IMG/VR virus record: IMGVR_UViG_3300042997_000442
DNA: 64,000 nt
Source: an uncultured virus (IMG/VR IMGVR_UViG_3300042997_000442)
Lineage: Duplodnaviria > Heunggongvirae > Uroviricota > Caudoviricetes
Strand: one strand, 5' to 3'
In this document: in pieces, positions 28,002 through 37,800 of the stretch
Position numbering within the stretch: the first letter of the stretch is position 1
Layout: every line of letters starts with the position of its first letter
Notes under the pieces: model-generated
What the model was told of the DNA's origin: nothing
The model's input: only the letters and a program-made list of their open reading frames with translations
Database searches by the model: none
Translations under genes and position numbers: made by a program

Positions 28002-28620
28002 TGCTTTCAATTATTTTTATCCTTTGATTTTATTCGAAGGTGAATGGTTTGATAATACCAAAGCTTTATTCAATGTTGGTTTTTATATTGAAGATCCTAT
28101 GGATAATGCTATACATGCGAAGTATCGTAATTGGAATCCTAATTATGCTAAGCGCGAATGGAATTGGTATTTATCTGGCGATCCATCTGCTGTCGAAATA
28201 TCTAAGTTTGCTCCAATATGGAAAAATATGATGGACAACGATGGTAATGTTAGATCTAACTATGGTTGGCAGTGGAATAGAAATGGTCAACTAGGCAAAG
28301 TTATTCGAATGTTATCTGATAATCCTAATACAAGGAAAGCCGCAATATCAATATATGATGGCAAGGAAATAGACACGTATTCTAATGACACTCCTTGTAC
28401 ATATGGCGTTCAGTTCACAATACGTAACAATAAATTAAATATGACAGTTCTAATGAGATCTAATGATCTTTGGTATGGGTTCTGTAATGATCAGTATTGT
28501 TTTTCTATGTTACAAAAATTAGTTTACGATGAACTAGTTATTTTTAATAAAGATTTATCTATAGGTCATTACTATCACTTTGCACATAATCTTCATTTAT
28601 ATAAAGATCAAATGGTATGA
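27928..28620 (+). CDS. Thymidylate synthase superfamily enzyme, dCMP hydroxymethylase-like (likely start 27970)
   Basis: NYGWQW, TRKAAISIY, DTPCT, MRSNDLWYGFCND, HFAHNLHLY. Confidence 0.8.
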   Translation: MISGKNFMNYINFTMTKTEFKTASDAFNYFYPLILFEGEWFDNTKALFNVGFYIEDPMDNAIHAKYRNWNPNYAKREWNWYLSGDPSAVEISKFAPIWKNMMDNDGNVRSNYGWQWNRNGQLGKVIRMLSDNPNTRKAAISIYDGKEIDTYSNDTPCTYGVQFTIRNNKLNMTVLMRSNDLWYGFCNDQYCFSMLQKLVYDELVIFNKDLSIGHYYHFAHNLHLYKDQMV

Positions 28621-28719
28621 AGAATATGATATTGGTTTTTTCATGGACAATTGGCATATTTGCTTTTTTAATAATGTTAGCATTTATGATCAGTTTTTTT
28701 AAGAATTTAAAACATAAAT

Positions 28720-29550
28720 ATGGAAAAAGATAAAAAAATGTATTATTTATATCATATTCCAGGTAAAAAAGTTGGAATGACGTGTAATATATATAATAGA
28801 GTAATTAAATGTCAAGGGTACAAACCTGGTGAATTTCAAATATTAGCATCTTCATACGATAAAGACGTTATAGAAATAAAAGAAAAACAATGGCAAGATA
28901 TTTTTAAATACAGTAACGATCTTAACTCTTACACAAACGCAAAAAACAGTAATATTAATCAAATTAAACACAATAAACCTATGTATGTTAACGTAACAAG
29001 TCAAACAACAACATTTCCAGTTCCAATAAGTGATTTAAAACAGTATCTAAAAAGAGGTATTGGTAGTAGATTTACCACTGATTATGGTGAATATACAGTT
29101 AACGATGATTTAATCAAAGTTATAACAGAAAATGCTAGAGAATCAATGTACAGAAATACCTCTTGTTATATTTATAACAAAGTATTATTTGAAGAAACTC
29201 AAGACAACCCTGCTTCTAGTTCTGAAGTAATTGATCTACCAAGTTTAGAAAATACTAATGTATATGACTTAATTAGACAATGGGCAACTGATCGTGGTAT
29301 ATATAAATCAGGTGATTCTAAAACTCAGTTTATAAAACTTCAAGAAGAAGCAGGCGAATTAGCAAGAGCAATACTTAAAAATGATAAATCTGAATTAATT
29401 GACTCTATTGGCGATATGGTTGTTGTATTAACTAATTTAGCTTATTTAGAAGGATTAAATATTGAATACTGTGTTGAATCAGCTTATGATGTTATTAAGT
29501 CTAGACAAGGTAAAATGGAAAACGGAACATTTGTAAAACAAACTCTATAA
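28720..29550 (+). CDS. Fusion of GIY-YIG-like N-terminus and MazG-like nucleotide pyrophosphatase
   Basis: YLYHI..KVGMT...R; C-terminal WATDRGI...KLQEEAGELA...IDSIGDMVVVL. Confidence 0.7.
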   Translation: MEKDKKMYYLYHIPGKKVGMTCNIYNRVIKCQGYKPGEFQILASSYDKDVIEIKEKQWQDIFKYSNDLNSYTNAKNSNINQIKHNKPMYVNVTSQTTTFPVPISDLKQYLKRGIGSRFTTDYGEYTVNDDLIKVITENARESMYRNTSCYIYNKVLFEETQDNPASSSEVIDLPSLENTNVYDLIRQWATDRGIYKSGDSKTQFIKLQEEAGELARAILKNDKSELIDSIGDMVVVLTNLAYLEGLNIEYCVESAYDVIKSRQGKMENGTFVKQTL

Positions 29551-29553
29551 TAT

Positions 29554-30054
29554 ATGAATATACTGGAACAAGCACGTGGAATTATTTACGATAAGTCTGA
29601 AGAAAAAGAAAGACAATATGGCGATTTCTTTGAAAACATGGAAGACGCTGCTAAAATAGCTTCTGTTATGTCTAAGAAACAATTAACTGCTGAAGATATA
29701 TATCATGCGTTAATTGGTCTTAAGTTCGCTAGAGAGTCTCATGCTCATAAACATGATAACATGTTAGATGCTATAGCTTATCTAGCTTCATTACACGAGT
29801 ATAAAGAATCTCAAAAACCATTTACTGGTATATGGGATATAATAGAAAATATAAAAGTTGTTGATCCTGTTATTGTTAAAGAGAAAAAAAAAGATCTAAA
29901 GAAAACTTCGAAGCTTGGGAATGGTCGTGGTGATCATTATTCTTTTGAGATAGATGATGAAGATGAAATAAGTCCAGAAGAGGCACTTATACGTTGGTCT
30001 AGTACTAATACAGGGACAGTTGATATGTCTTTTGCTCACATGACAGAGGTTTGA
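29554..30054 (+). CDS. DUF6378-like nucleotide-modification-associated protein
   Basis: ERQYGD..EN....A, LKFARE, HDNMLDAIAY. Confidence 0.6.
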   Translation: MNILEQARGIIYDKSEEKERQYGDFFENMEDAAKIASVMSKKQLTAEDIYHALIGLKFARESHAHKHDNMLDAIAYLASLHEYKESQKPFTGIWDIIENIKVVDPVIVKEKKKDLKKTSKLGNGRGDHYSFEIDDEDEISPEEALIRWSSTNTGTVDMSFAHMTEV

Positions 30055-30506
30055 AAAGAATAACTAGAAAAAAAGGACCAGTAGTCGCAAAGAAGGTATC
30101 ATTTGATGGTATCTCCTTTGCTTCTGGCCTTGAGAAAAAAATGTACATGGCTTTAAAAAAAGCTGGTATAAAAACAGGATATGAAAGTGAGTCATTTGAG
30201 TTATTACCTAGTTTCTTATTCAAAAGTGAATGTTATGAAAGACAATCTAATGGTAAAGGAGATTTTGTAGATAGAGGTCAAAAGAAGATACAGAACATAT
30301 CTTACACTCCAGATTTCATGGGCGAAGACTTTATAATAGAAACAAAAGGTAGAGCTAACGATTCTTTTCCTTTACGCTGGAAAATGTTTAAGTATCTAAT
30401 GTATTTAATGAATGATAAAAGAATGTTATTCAAACCTCAAACTGAAAAAGAATGTCAAGAAGTAGTGGAAATAATTCTAAAAAAAAGATTAAACAATGGA
30501 AGATAA
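30051..30506 (+). CDS. Endonuclease I-like Holliday junction resolvase (T7 gp3-like)
   Basis: FASGLE, YTPDF, IIETKG. Confidence 0.8.
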   Translation: MKRITRKKGPVVAKKVSFDGISFASGLEKKMYMALKKAGIKTGYESESFELLPSFLFKSECYERQSNGKGDFVDRGQKKIQNISYTPDFMGEDFIIETKGRANDSFPLRWKMFKYLMYLMNDKRMLFKPQTEKECQEVVEIILKKRLNNGR

Positions 30507-30749
30507 GTTAACTATTAAAAAGATAATAGAAGTGTATGAGTCTATACAAGGTACAGGCAATACTAATTATCAAAACAGATTTTATTTTAAACAACTAAGA
30601 AAAATTAAAAAAGCTTATGAAAGATTGGGAAATTAGTTTAGGTATATTTCCAGGTATTGTATTTGGAATTAGAACGTATGAGTATGATCATCAAGAATAT
30701 GCTGATCACGTTCTTTATTTTGGTTGTTTCGACATATGTTTAACTATAT

Positions 30750-31331
30750 TTGAAGAAGATGATTTCTATATGGGATAATTTTTTAGGTAAAACTCTTGTA
30801 TCTAAAGAACTTGAAAGAGTTGTTGGAGAAGGTTTTGATGAGCACGTAGTTGGAGATAAATCTTTTTATGTTAATATGCCAAGTAAAGAGTTTGATAAAA
30901 ACATAGTAACAGCTTTACAAAGAATACATAGATCAGATATAGATAAGGTGCTTAGTTTTATTAGAGTTGCTACTGATAAACTAGATACAGACTGGCGTAT
31001 ACATTCAGACATGAATATAATGGGTCGAAGACCAGATAGAGCTGCTGTGCTATACATGTCACCTAGAGTTTTCGATACTCTTCATGGTACAGCTTTTTGG
31101 TCACATAAAACTTATGGTAATTATTTACCTTCGTATGTCACTGATGAAGAATTTGACAAAATGATAACTTCTGAAGCAAATGAAATGGATCAATGGCAAC
31201 TAAGATCTATTATTGGTTACGAACAAGATAGATTGGTTGATTATGATGCTAGTTATTTTCATAGCAAGTACCCAAATAAAGCTTGGGAAGATGGTAGAAT
31301 AGTATATGTAATATTTTATAACTTTAAATAA
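30750..31331 (+). CDS. 2OG-Fe(II) oxygenase-like protein
   Basis: IHSD...AVLYM...GTAFW...YFHS...R (HxD..H..R). Confidence 0.7.
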   Translation: MKKMISIWDNFLGKTLVSKELERVVGEGFDEHVVGDKSFYVNMPSKEFDKNIVTALQRIHRSDIDKVLSFIRVATDKLDTDWRIHSDMNIMGRRPDRAAVLYMSPRVFDTLHGTAFWSHKTYGNYLPSYVTDEEFDKMITSEANEMDQWQLRSIIGYEQDRLVDYDASYFHSKYPNKAWEDGRIVYVIFYNFK

Positions 31332-31336
31332 AAAAA

Positions 31337-31573
31337 ATGAAAGAAAACGAATTATTAAGAATGAGGAGGGATTTAGATACTTTAGGCGCTGTTGTTCAAA
31401 AGATCATGCAAGATAATCAAAATCTAAAAGATCTTGCTATTGGTACTCTAGAACTTGTTAAACAACTTCCTGATTATGAATTAGCGGTAGAGAAACTAAA
31501 GCAAAACTATTTAGATGAATCTTTAAAAAGAGAAGCAGAAGAAAAAGTTAAGAACGGTAAACTAGAGACGTAA
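31337..31573 (+). CDS. Hypothetical coiled-coil protein
   Basis: ORF in operon. Confidence 0.6.
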   Translation: MKENELLRMRRDLDTLGAVVQKIMQDNQNLKDLAIGTLELVKQLPDYELAVEKLKQNYLDESLKREAEEKVKNGKLET

Positions 31574-31794
31574 TGAAAGAGAAATATATTGAAATGCGTA
31601 ATAAAAAGCAAATAGATATAAACTGGTTTTATGAATACTATATTCAAAATAGTAAACATAATATATCTATTGAGGATTTTTATCAAACTTTTATGTTTGC
31701 CAATATAGAAGCCGTCATGGATCATATAGATAAAAAATTTGAACTAACAAAATTATTAGATAAAAACGGAGAATTTATAAAAATAGTAGAATAA
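31573..31794 (+). CDS. Hypothetical protein
   Basis: TAATG overlap. Confidence 0.6.
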   Translation: MKEKYIEMRNKKQIDINWFYEYYIQNSKHNISIEDFYQTFMFANIEAVMDHIDKKFELTKLLDKNGEFIKIVE

Positions 31795-31796
31795 AA

Positions 31797-33668
31797 ATGA
31801 GTTTAACACTAGACAAACAGATTTTAAGTGATATTACAGTATATACAAAATACGCAAAGTATTTACCAGAAAAAGAAAGAAGGGAAACCTGGGACGAGTT
31901 AGTAACAAGGAACATGGAGATGCATACTTCAAAGTTTCCAAAAATGAAAGAATCAATTGAACAAGTTTACAAGAATTTCGTATTCACTAAAAAGGTTTTA
32001 CCTTCGATGCGAAGCCTACAGTTTGGTGGTAAAGCTATTGAGCTTAATAATGCTCGTATTTATAACTGTGCTTTCTTACCTATTGATAGTATTCACAGTT
32101 TTTCTGAGACTATGTTTTTACTTCTTGGTGGAACTGGGGTTGGTTACTCCGTACAGAATCATCAAATCGAAAAACTACCTGAGATTAGAAAACCAAACTA
32201 TGATCGTAAAAAAAGATATGTAGTTCAAGACAGTATTATTGGTTGGGCAGATGCTGTTAAAACACTATTTAAGTCTTACACTGGTGGTTTAACTTCTCAT
32301 ATTGAATTTGATTTATCTGATATAAGACCTAAAGGTGCTTTACTTGTTACTGCTGGTGGAAAAGCTCCAGGTCCAGAACCTTTGAGAATTGCATTAGTTA
32401 AAATAGAAGCTATATTAAGAACAAAAGAAGATAGATCAAAACTTACTGACATCGAGTGTCATGATATTCAATGCCATATTGCCGATGCGGTTTTGGCTGG
32501 AGGTATTAGACGTGCTGCGATGATCAGTTTGTTTGATCTTGATTCAGAAGCTATGTTAAACTGTAAAGCTGGTAATTGGTGGGAGAATAATCCACAAAGA
32601 GGTAGAGCTAATAATTCAGTTGTTTTATTACGTCATAAGATTGATAAGAAAACATTTGATAAAGTATGGGAACGTATTGAAGCATCAGGATCTGGTGAAC
32701 CTGGTATTTACCTTACTAACGATAAAGACTGGGGAACTAATCCTTGTTGTGAGATTGCTTTAAGACCATATCAGTTTTGTAATCTTACAGAGATCAATAT
32801 GGCTGATATTGAAAATCAAGAGGATTTTAACGCTAGAGCATCTGCAGCATCGTTTATAGGAACGTTACAAGCATCATACTCAGATTTTCACTATCTAAGA
32901 GATATATGGAGAAAAAACACAGAAAAAGACGCATTACTCGGGGTATCAATGACTGGTATCGCATCAAAACACAATATACAATGTTTAAACTATGAAGAAG
33001 CAGCACAAATTGTTAAAGAAACAAATAATGTTATTGCAGCAGCACTTAATATCAACAGAGCGGCACGAACAACCGCGGTTAAGCCGGCAGGAACTACTAG
33101 CCTTGTACTTGGCACTTCTAGCGGTATTCACGCTTGGCATAACGACTATTATATTCGCCGTATGCGATTAGGTAAGAATGAAGCAATATACACTTATCTT
33201 GCAATAAATCATCCAGAACTGTTAGAAGACGAATATTTTAATCCAACATCACAATCAGTTATTTCTGTGCCTCAGAAAGCTCCTAATGGTGCGATAACAC
33301 GACATGAATCAACATTGGATCTATTAGAAAGGGTTAAATTGATTTCTAAGGATTGGGTTAAACAAGGTCACAATAAAGGTAATAACACTCATAACGTTTC
33401 TTGTACAGTTTCTGTACGTGATGACGAATGGAAAATCATTGGTGAATGGATGTGGGTTAATAAAGAATATTATAATGGTTTGTCTGTGTTACCATATCAC
33501 GGAGGAACATACAAACAAACTCCATTTGAAGACTGTACTAAAGAGCAATACGAAGAAATGATGTCTACGTTAAAAGACGTTGATTTATCTAAAGTAATTG
33601 AAGTACAAGATAATACTAATTTCAGTGACTCTGCGGCATGCGGAGGTGGTAACTGTGAAATAACATAA
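31797..33668 (+). CDS. nrdJ: Class II (adenosylcobalamin-dependent) ribonucleotide reductase
   Basis: YNCAF, GTNPCCEI, CNLTE, VKPAGTTS, C-terminal ACGGGNCE; no beta subunit gene present. Confidence 0.9.
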   Translation: MSLTLDKQILSDITVYTKYAKYLPEKERRETWDELVTRNMEMHTSKFPKMKESIEQVYKNFVFTKKVLPSMRSLQFGGKAIELNNARIYNCAFLPIDSIHSFSETMFLLLGGTGVGYSVQNHQIEKLPEIRKPNYDRKKRYVVQDSIIGWADAVKTLFKSYTGGLTSHIEFDLSDIRPKGALLVTAGGKAPGPEPLRIALVKIEAILRTKEDRSKLTDIECHDIQCHIADAVLAGGIRRAAMISLFDLDSEAMLNCKAGNWWENNPQRGRANNSVVLLRHKIDKKTFDKVWERIEASGSGEPGIYLTNDKDWGTNPCCEIALRPYQFCNLTEINMADIENQEDFNARASAASFIGTLQASYSDFHYLRDIWRKNTEKDALLGVSMTGIASKHNIQCLNYEEAAQIVKETNNVIAAALNINRAARTTAVKPAGTTSLVLGTSSGIHAWHNDYYIRRMRLGKNEAIYTYLAINHPELLEDEYFNPTSQSVISVPQKAPNGAITRHESTLDLLERVKLISKDWVKQGHNKGNNTHNVSCTVSVRDDEWKIIGEWMWVNKEYYNGLSVLPYHGGTYKQTPFEDCTKEQYEEMMSTLKDVDLSKVIEVQDNTNFSDSAACGGGNCEIT

Positions 33669-33834
33669 AATAACATAATTATGATAATTAGAATAGAAAC
33701 ACTGTGGACAACTTCGCTAACTGAATTCCATAATTCAGATATAACTATACCACAAATTGCAGAAGCATTACAAGGTATGCTAGTAAGTCAAGGATGGAGT
33801 TTAGAAAATATTAAAGAATATATAAAAACAGAAA

Positions 33835-34326
33835 ATGACGACATATAAAAATAGATACGGTGATGTATTTACATTCACTAAAGACGACAACCAAGATATT
33901 TTATGGGAAGGTAACTTTGAATATTGTAGAACTGGTATGCCTAATGATTATACAGAAGCTTATCAAAAATACTATAATGACGAGTGCATTCCACCACATG
34001 ATCATACTTATTCACTTGCACAATTTAAAATAGCAGTACACGAATATGATAATAAAACTAATGATTATACTCCTTTTGCAAAAAAGTATGTATACTTAGT
34101 TAAATCATTACTTGATGAGATTGATATGGTTGATCCATCTGGTGGCCCATATATTACCAGAGGTATGTCATTAAATAGTTTTGGATTTAAAGATTATGTA
34201 GTTAAAGACTTTCAAAAGATTGATACCGGTTATAAAATTGTTACAGAGAAATGCGCTTATTGTAATTTAGCTGGCGGAGCGCATAAAATGGGATGTGAAA
34301 CACGTAAAATACAAGTGAACTTATGA
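33835..34326 (+). CDS. Hypothetical protein
   Basis: YKNRYGD...MVDPSGGPYI motif; C-terminal CxxC...HxxxC. Confidence 0.6.
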   Translation: MTTYKNRYGDVFTFTKDDNQDILWEGNFEYCRTGMPNDYTEAYQKYYNDECIPPHDHTYSLAQFKIAVHEYDNKTNDYTPFAKKYVYLVKSLLDEIDMVDPSGGPYITRGMSLNSFGFKDYVVKDFQKIDTGYKIVTEKCAYCNLAGGAHKMGCETRKIQVNL

Positions 34327-34532
34327 CACCAATAGAAAAAGCAAATGAATTATACAGCAAGTATGATGATTTATTAAACAAAGATTTTGGCAATCCTATT
34401 GTATTTGATAATCAACTAAAGCAATGTGCATTAATAGCAGTTGATGAGTTGATATATGAAACACACTTTGAAGTTCCTAACATCAGACAAAGATGGTGGC
34501 AAGAAGTTAAAAAAGAAATAGAAAACTTATGA
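34323..34532 (+). CDS. Small protein, paralog A
   Basis: MTPxEKA...KQCA..VDE.I...EIENL shared with the next gene. Confidence 0.7.
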   Translation: MTPIEKANELYSKYDDLLNKDFGNPIVFDNQLKQCALIAVDELIYETHFEVPNIRQRWWQEVKKEIENL

Positions 34533-34723
34533 CACCAAAAGAAAAAGCAATACAATTAATCTATGCATTTGAAGCATTTGTTGATCGATACGATGAATAT
34601 GAATTAGCCAAACAATGTGCTGCAATAACCGTTGATGAGATAATTAAATTTGGTAATCAAGCAGGTATTAGAGAACCGATGATGTATTGGAATAAAGTTC
34701 AAGAAGAAATAGAGAACTTATAA
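34529..34723 (+). CDS. Small protein, paralog B
   Basis: Paralog of 34323..34532. Confidence 0.7.
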   Translation: MTPKEKAIQLIYAFEAFVDRYDEYELAKQCAAITVDEIIKFGNQAGIREPMMYWNKVQEEIENL

Positions 34724-34797
34724 TATTGTATATTATATTATACAAAAACACTAAAAAATGTATAAACTGTATATTATATTGTACAGTTAGTTATAGA

Positions 34798-34825
34798 AAA
34801 GGGTAGATTTTTACGTCTACCCTTT
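34798..34825. terminator. Bidirectional terminator between convergent gene blocks
   Basis: AAAGGGTAGA-tttttacg-TCTACCCTTT. Confidence 0.75.
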
Positions 34826-34835
34826 ATCTTTATAA

Positions 34836-37800
34836 CTATTCTTCTCTATTTTTTACATTCATATTTAAAATTTCTTCTTCTTGTGCTTTTCTTTCTTCTA
34901 GTTCCTGAGATATTTTCTCAAACTCTTCTACATTACTACCTTCTCTTATAGATATATTATTCATATTTATAAAACTTTTAACAGTAAGTGTTGGTTCTAT
35001 TGCTTTATACTTTTCAAAAGTTTTTCTTTGAGCTTTTGTTAATGGATCTTTAGCCATTTCCTGTTCTAAACGTGGGTTAAATATATTCAACCAAGTTTTC
35101 TTATTCTTTCTACCAGGTTTAACTTTAGGTTCAAGATCTTTCATCTTCATATACTGTTCTTCAGTAAGTGTAGGTTCTACATCTTTATATGTCTCAAAAG
35201 TCTTTCTATCGCTTTTACTTAAAACATCTATAGGTTCTGATTTTTCTTCTATACCTAAGTTATATTTATTATAACCTAATAATAACATTGTTCTTTGCCA
35301 AGTTTCTAATGAACTATCAGAAGCTAATCTTAAATTCTCAATCTTTTGGAATATTCTATCAGCAGGCACGTTAGTTGCAACTGATAATACTTTCGCTGCT
35401 GCACCATAAGCTGGATTCTTTATAGAAAAACCTTCTTTCTTCATCTTCTCTGTTTCTTGTTTGTAGATGAAAGTTCTATTAGCACTAACAAGTTTGTTTA
35501 CTTTACTACTAATCGCAGGAGATATTGATAATGCTTCTAACGGTACTTCGTATGGATTTTTTCTTCCAGATAATTCCATTTCATACCATTTTTGCCACAT
35601 GTTTTTACCTGTTGATAATATTGCTCCGTATATACCTGATCCTTTTAATAAAGAATCTAATATACCATCTATAGTTGAAGCTAATGCTTGATCTTCATAT
35701 ATGCTTTTATCTTTGTCATCATCATCACCGAATATAGAAGTAAACAAAGCGTTTTGCAAGAAAGAGAATATCATGTTGTTGATTGCTCCATAATATATTA
35801 TCTTACCAGCGTTTTTCTTCCAATCACCTCTTTTATTAGCGATATCAAGAAATGCTCTTTTCATTAATCTATTGTACTGCATAGAGGTATTACCAAAAGC
35901 AAATATAAGTCTACCAATGCTAGTTGATTGTATTTGAGATACTTTGTCAGGTCTTGCGGATTGGTTAGTTGTCTCTGTTCTTTCTGCCCATTCTAGTATA
36001 CTTTGAAGATGTGCTTCTTCTTCTGAATAACCTATGTTTGTATAATGATTATAATGTGTTCTATAGAAACTAGCGCCACCAAGAGCAGCAGATATAGAGT
36101 CAGCATACTTAGTTGGTGCAAAACCCGCTTCATTAAGTTTGGCTAATAGTTTTTTAAATCCATTCTTACCAGAAGCTTGGGTCGCAATCTCATCTGCACT
36201 AACATCAAATCTAGCTCCACCACGACGTTCAACTAAATAATCTTCATTCCATAACATAATGAAGTCTTTCCAGAACTGTGGTTGATTAGCAAAAGCTTTA
36301 CCTGCAGCGACTGGATTATTTATATCCATATCGATGTAGTTTATAGTAGCTGTTAACTGTAGTAAAGCTGATCTAGTGTTAAAGAACATAATGTTAGCGT
36401 TAGCTCCGTTTATAAAATCTAACCAACCACTACTTTCTGCATCTCCACTAGGTGTTCTGTTTTTACCAGATTTCATTCTAGCAAGAGAACTAGTTAAAGC
36501 TCTTCTGTAATTTAAACCATATATAGCTTGTATTTTATTTAGGTTTTCACTATTAAATATTTCATCAGCGTTTTGTTGCCATATTTGTAAATGATGTGCT
36601 CTTCTTTCACTATTTAAATAATCTATAATATCTGTAGATATAGTTCCACCTAACCAATCTCTATCATACTCTACATATCCACCTTTTCTTTTAGTTATTT
36701 TAGATAATTCTTGAGCATATAGTTTTAATTCTTTATTTTTTCTAACAAACGCTATAACTTTTCTTAACTCAGCTTCTGGTATACCTTGAATGTCTTCTCC
36801 TTGTAAATGCCACAACCAAAGTCTAATAGCTTGATCTACTGTATAGTTCATATTAGGTATTGTAGATCTTAAGTAAGAGTTCTTCATATTAAATATGTTT
36901 TTCAACTCTTTATAGTCTTTTACCATCTGCATTTTCTCTTTATCATAACTATTCATAGCGTCATAAAACGGTTGAATTAAGTTATCTTGAAAGAAATCCA
37001 TAGCTCTTTCGCCTTTCTGTCCGAATGGTAAAAACGTGTATAGCAAACCAACAAAGTCCTCAGTGTTTGGTGGTATAAAGAATTTCCATTTACCTTTACC
37101 TCTACCTTCAACATAAGCGGTAGCTTCTGACAGTTTTTTCTTAGCTGGTATTCCTGATTTTTCTTCTAATATTTCATTAAACCTACCATTTAAACTTAAA
37201 GCGGCTTTAGTTTTAGGTGTTTCTGATTTTTGTCTAGTATTAATATTATCTATTTCTTCATTAAGATCTTCATCATTCATGTTCTTGATTTGATCTTTAT
37301 TGACGCTACTATATTTCTCTACTAAACCTTCGTTATATTTTCTAGCTTCTTGTTTATTATTATAAAGTTTACTTTGAGTAATATAGTTTTTAACTTTATT
37401 GTAGAAATAATCTATAAACTCCGTAAACTCAGGGAATAATTTTCTAAATTTATTAAATACAGATTCTGCTTCTTTTCCTTTTGATAAGTCGTTAGATATA
37501 TTTTCTAATATATTTATACCTTGTTCTTTAGATAGATTATTATCTTCTAAGAATTTTTTACCCCATAAAGAAGGTTTTGTATTAGGCGTGTCTCTATCTA
37601 ATTGTTTAGCTATCTCACTTAAGTAGTTAGGAGCTAGTTCGTTACCTAGTAATTCTTGCTTCTCTTCAAAATTAGCTTTGAACTCTTCGTTATTAGTAAA
37701 CAAGTCTATCATTACATCGAATGACAGTTCCTCTGCTATAGTTTCTAAAAGAGCAGTCTTCCTAGTACCTTGAGTTGACTTACCAACATATTGACCAACA

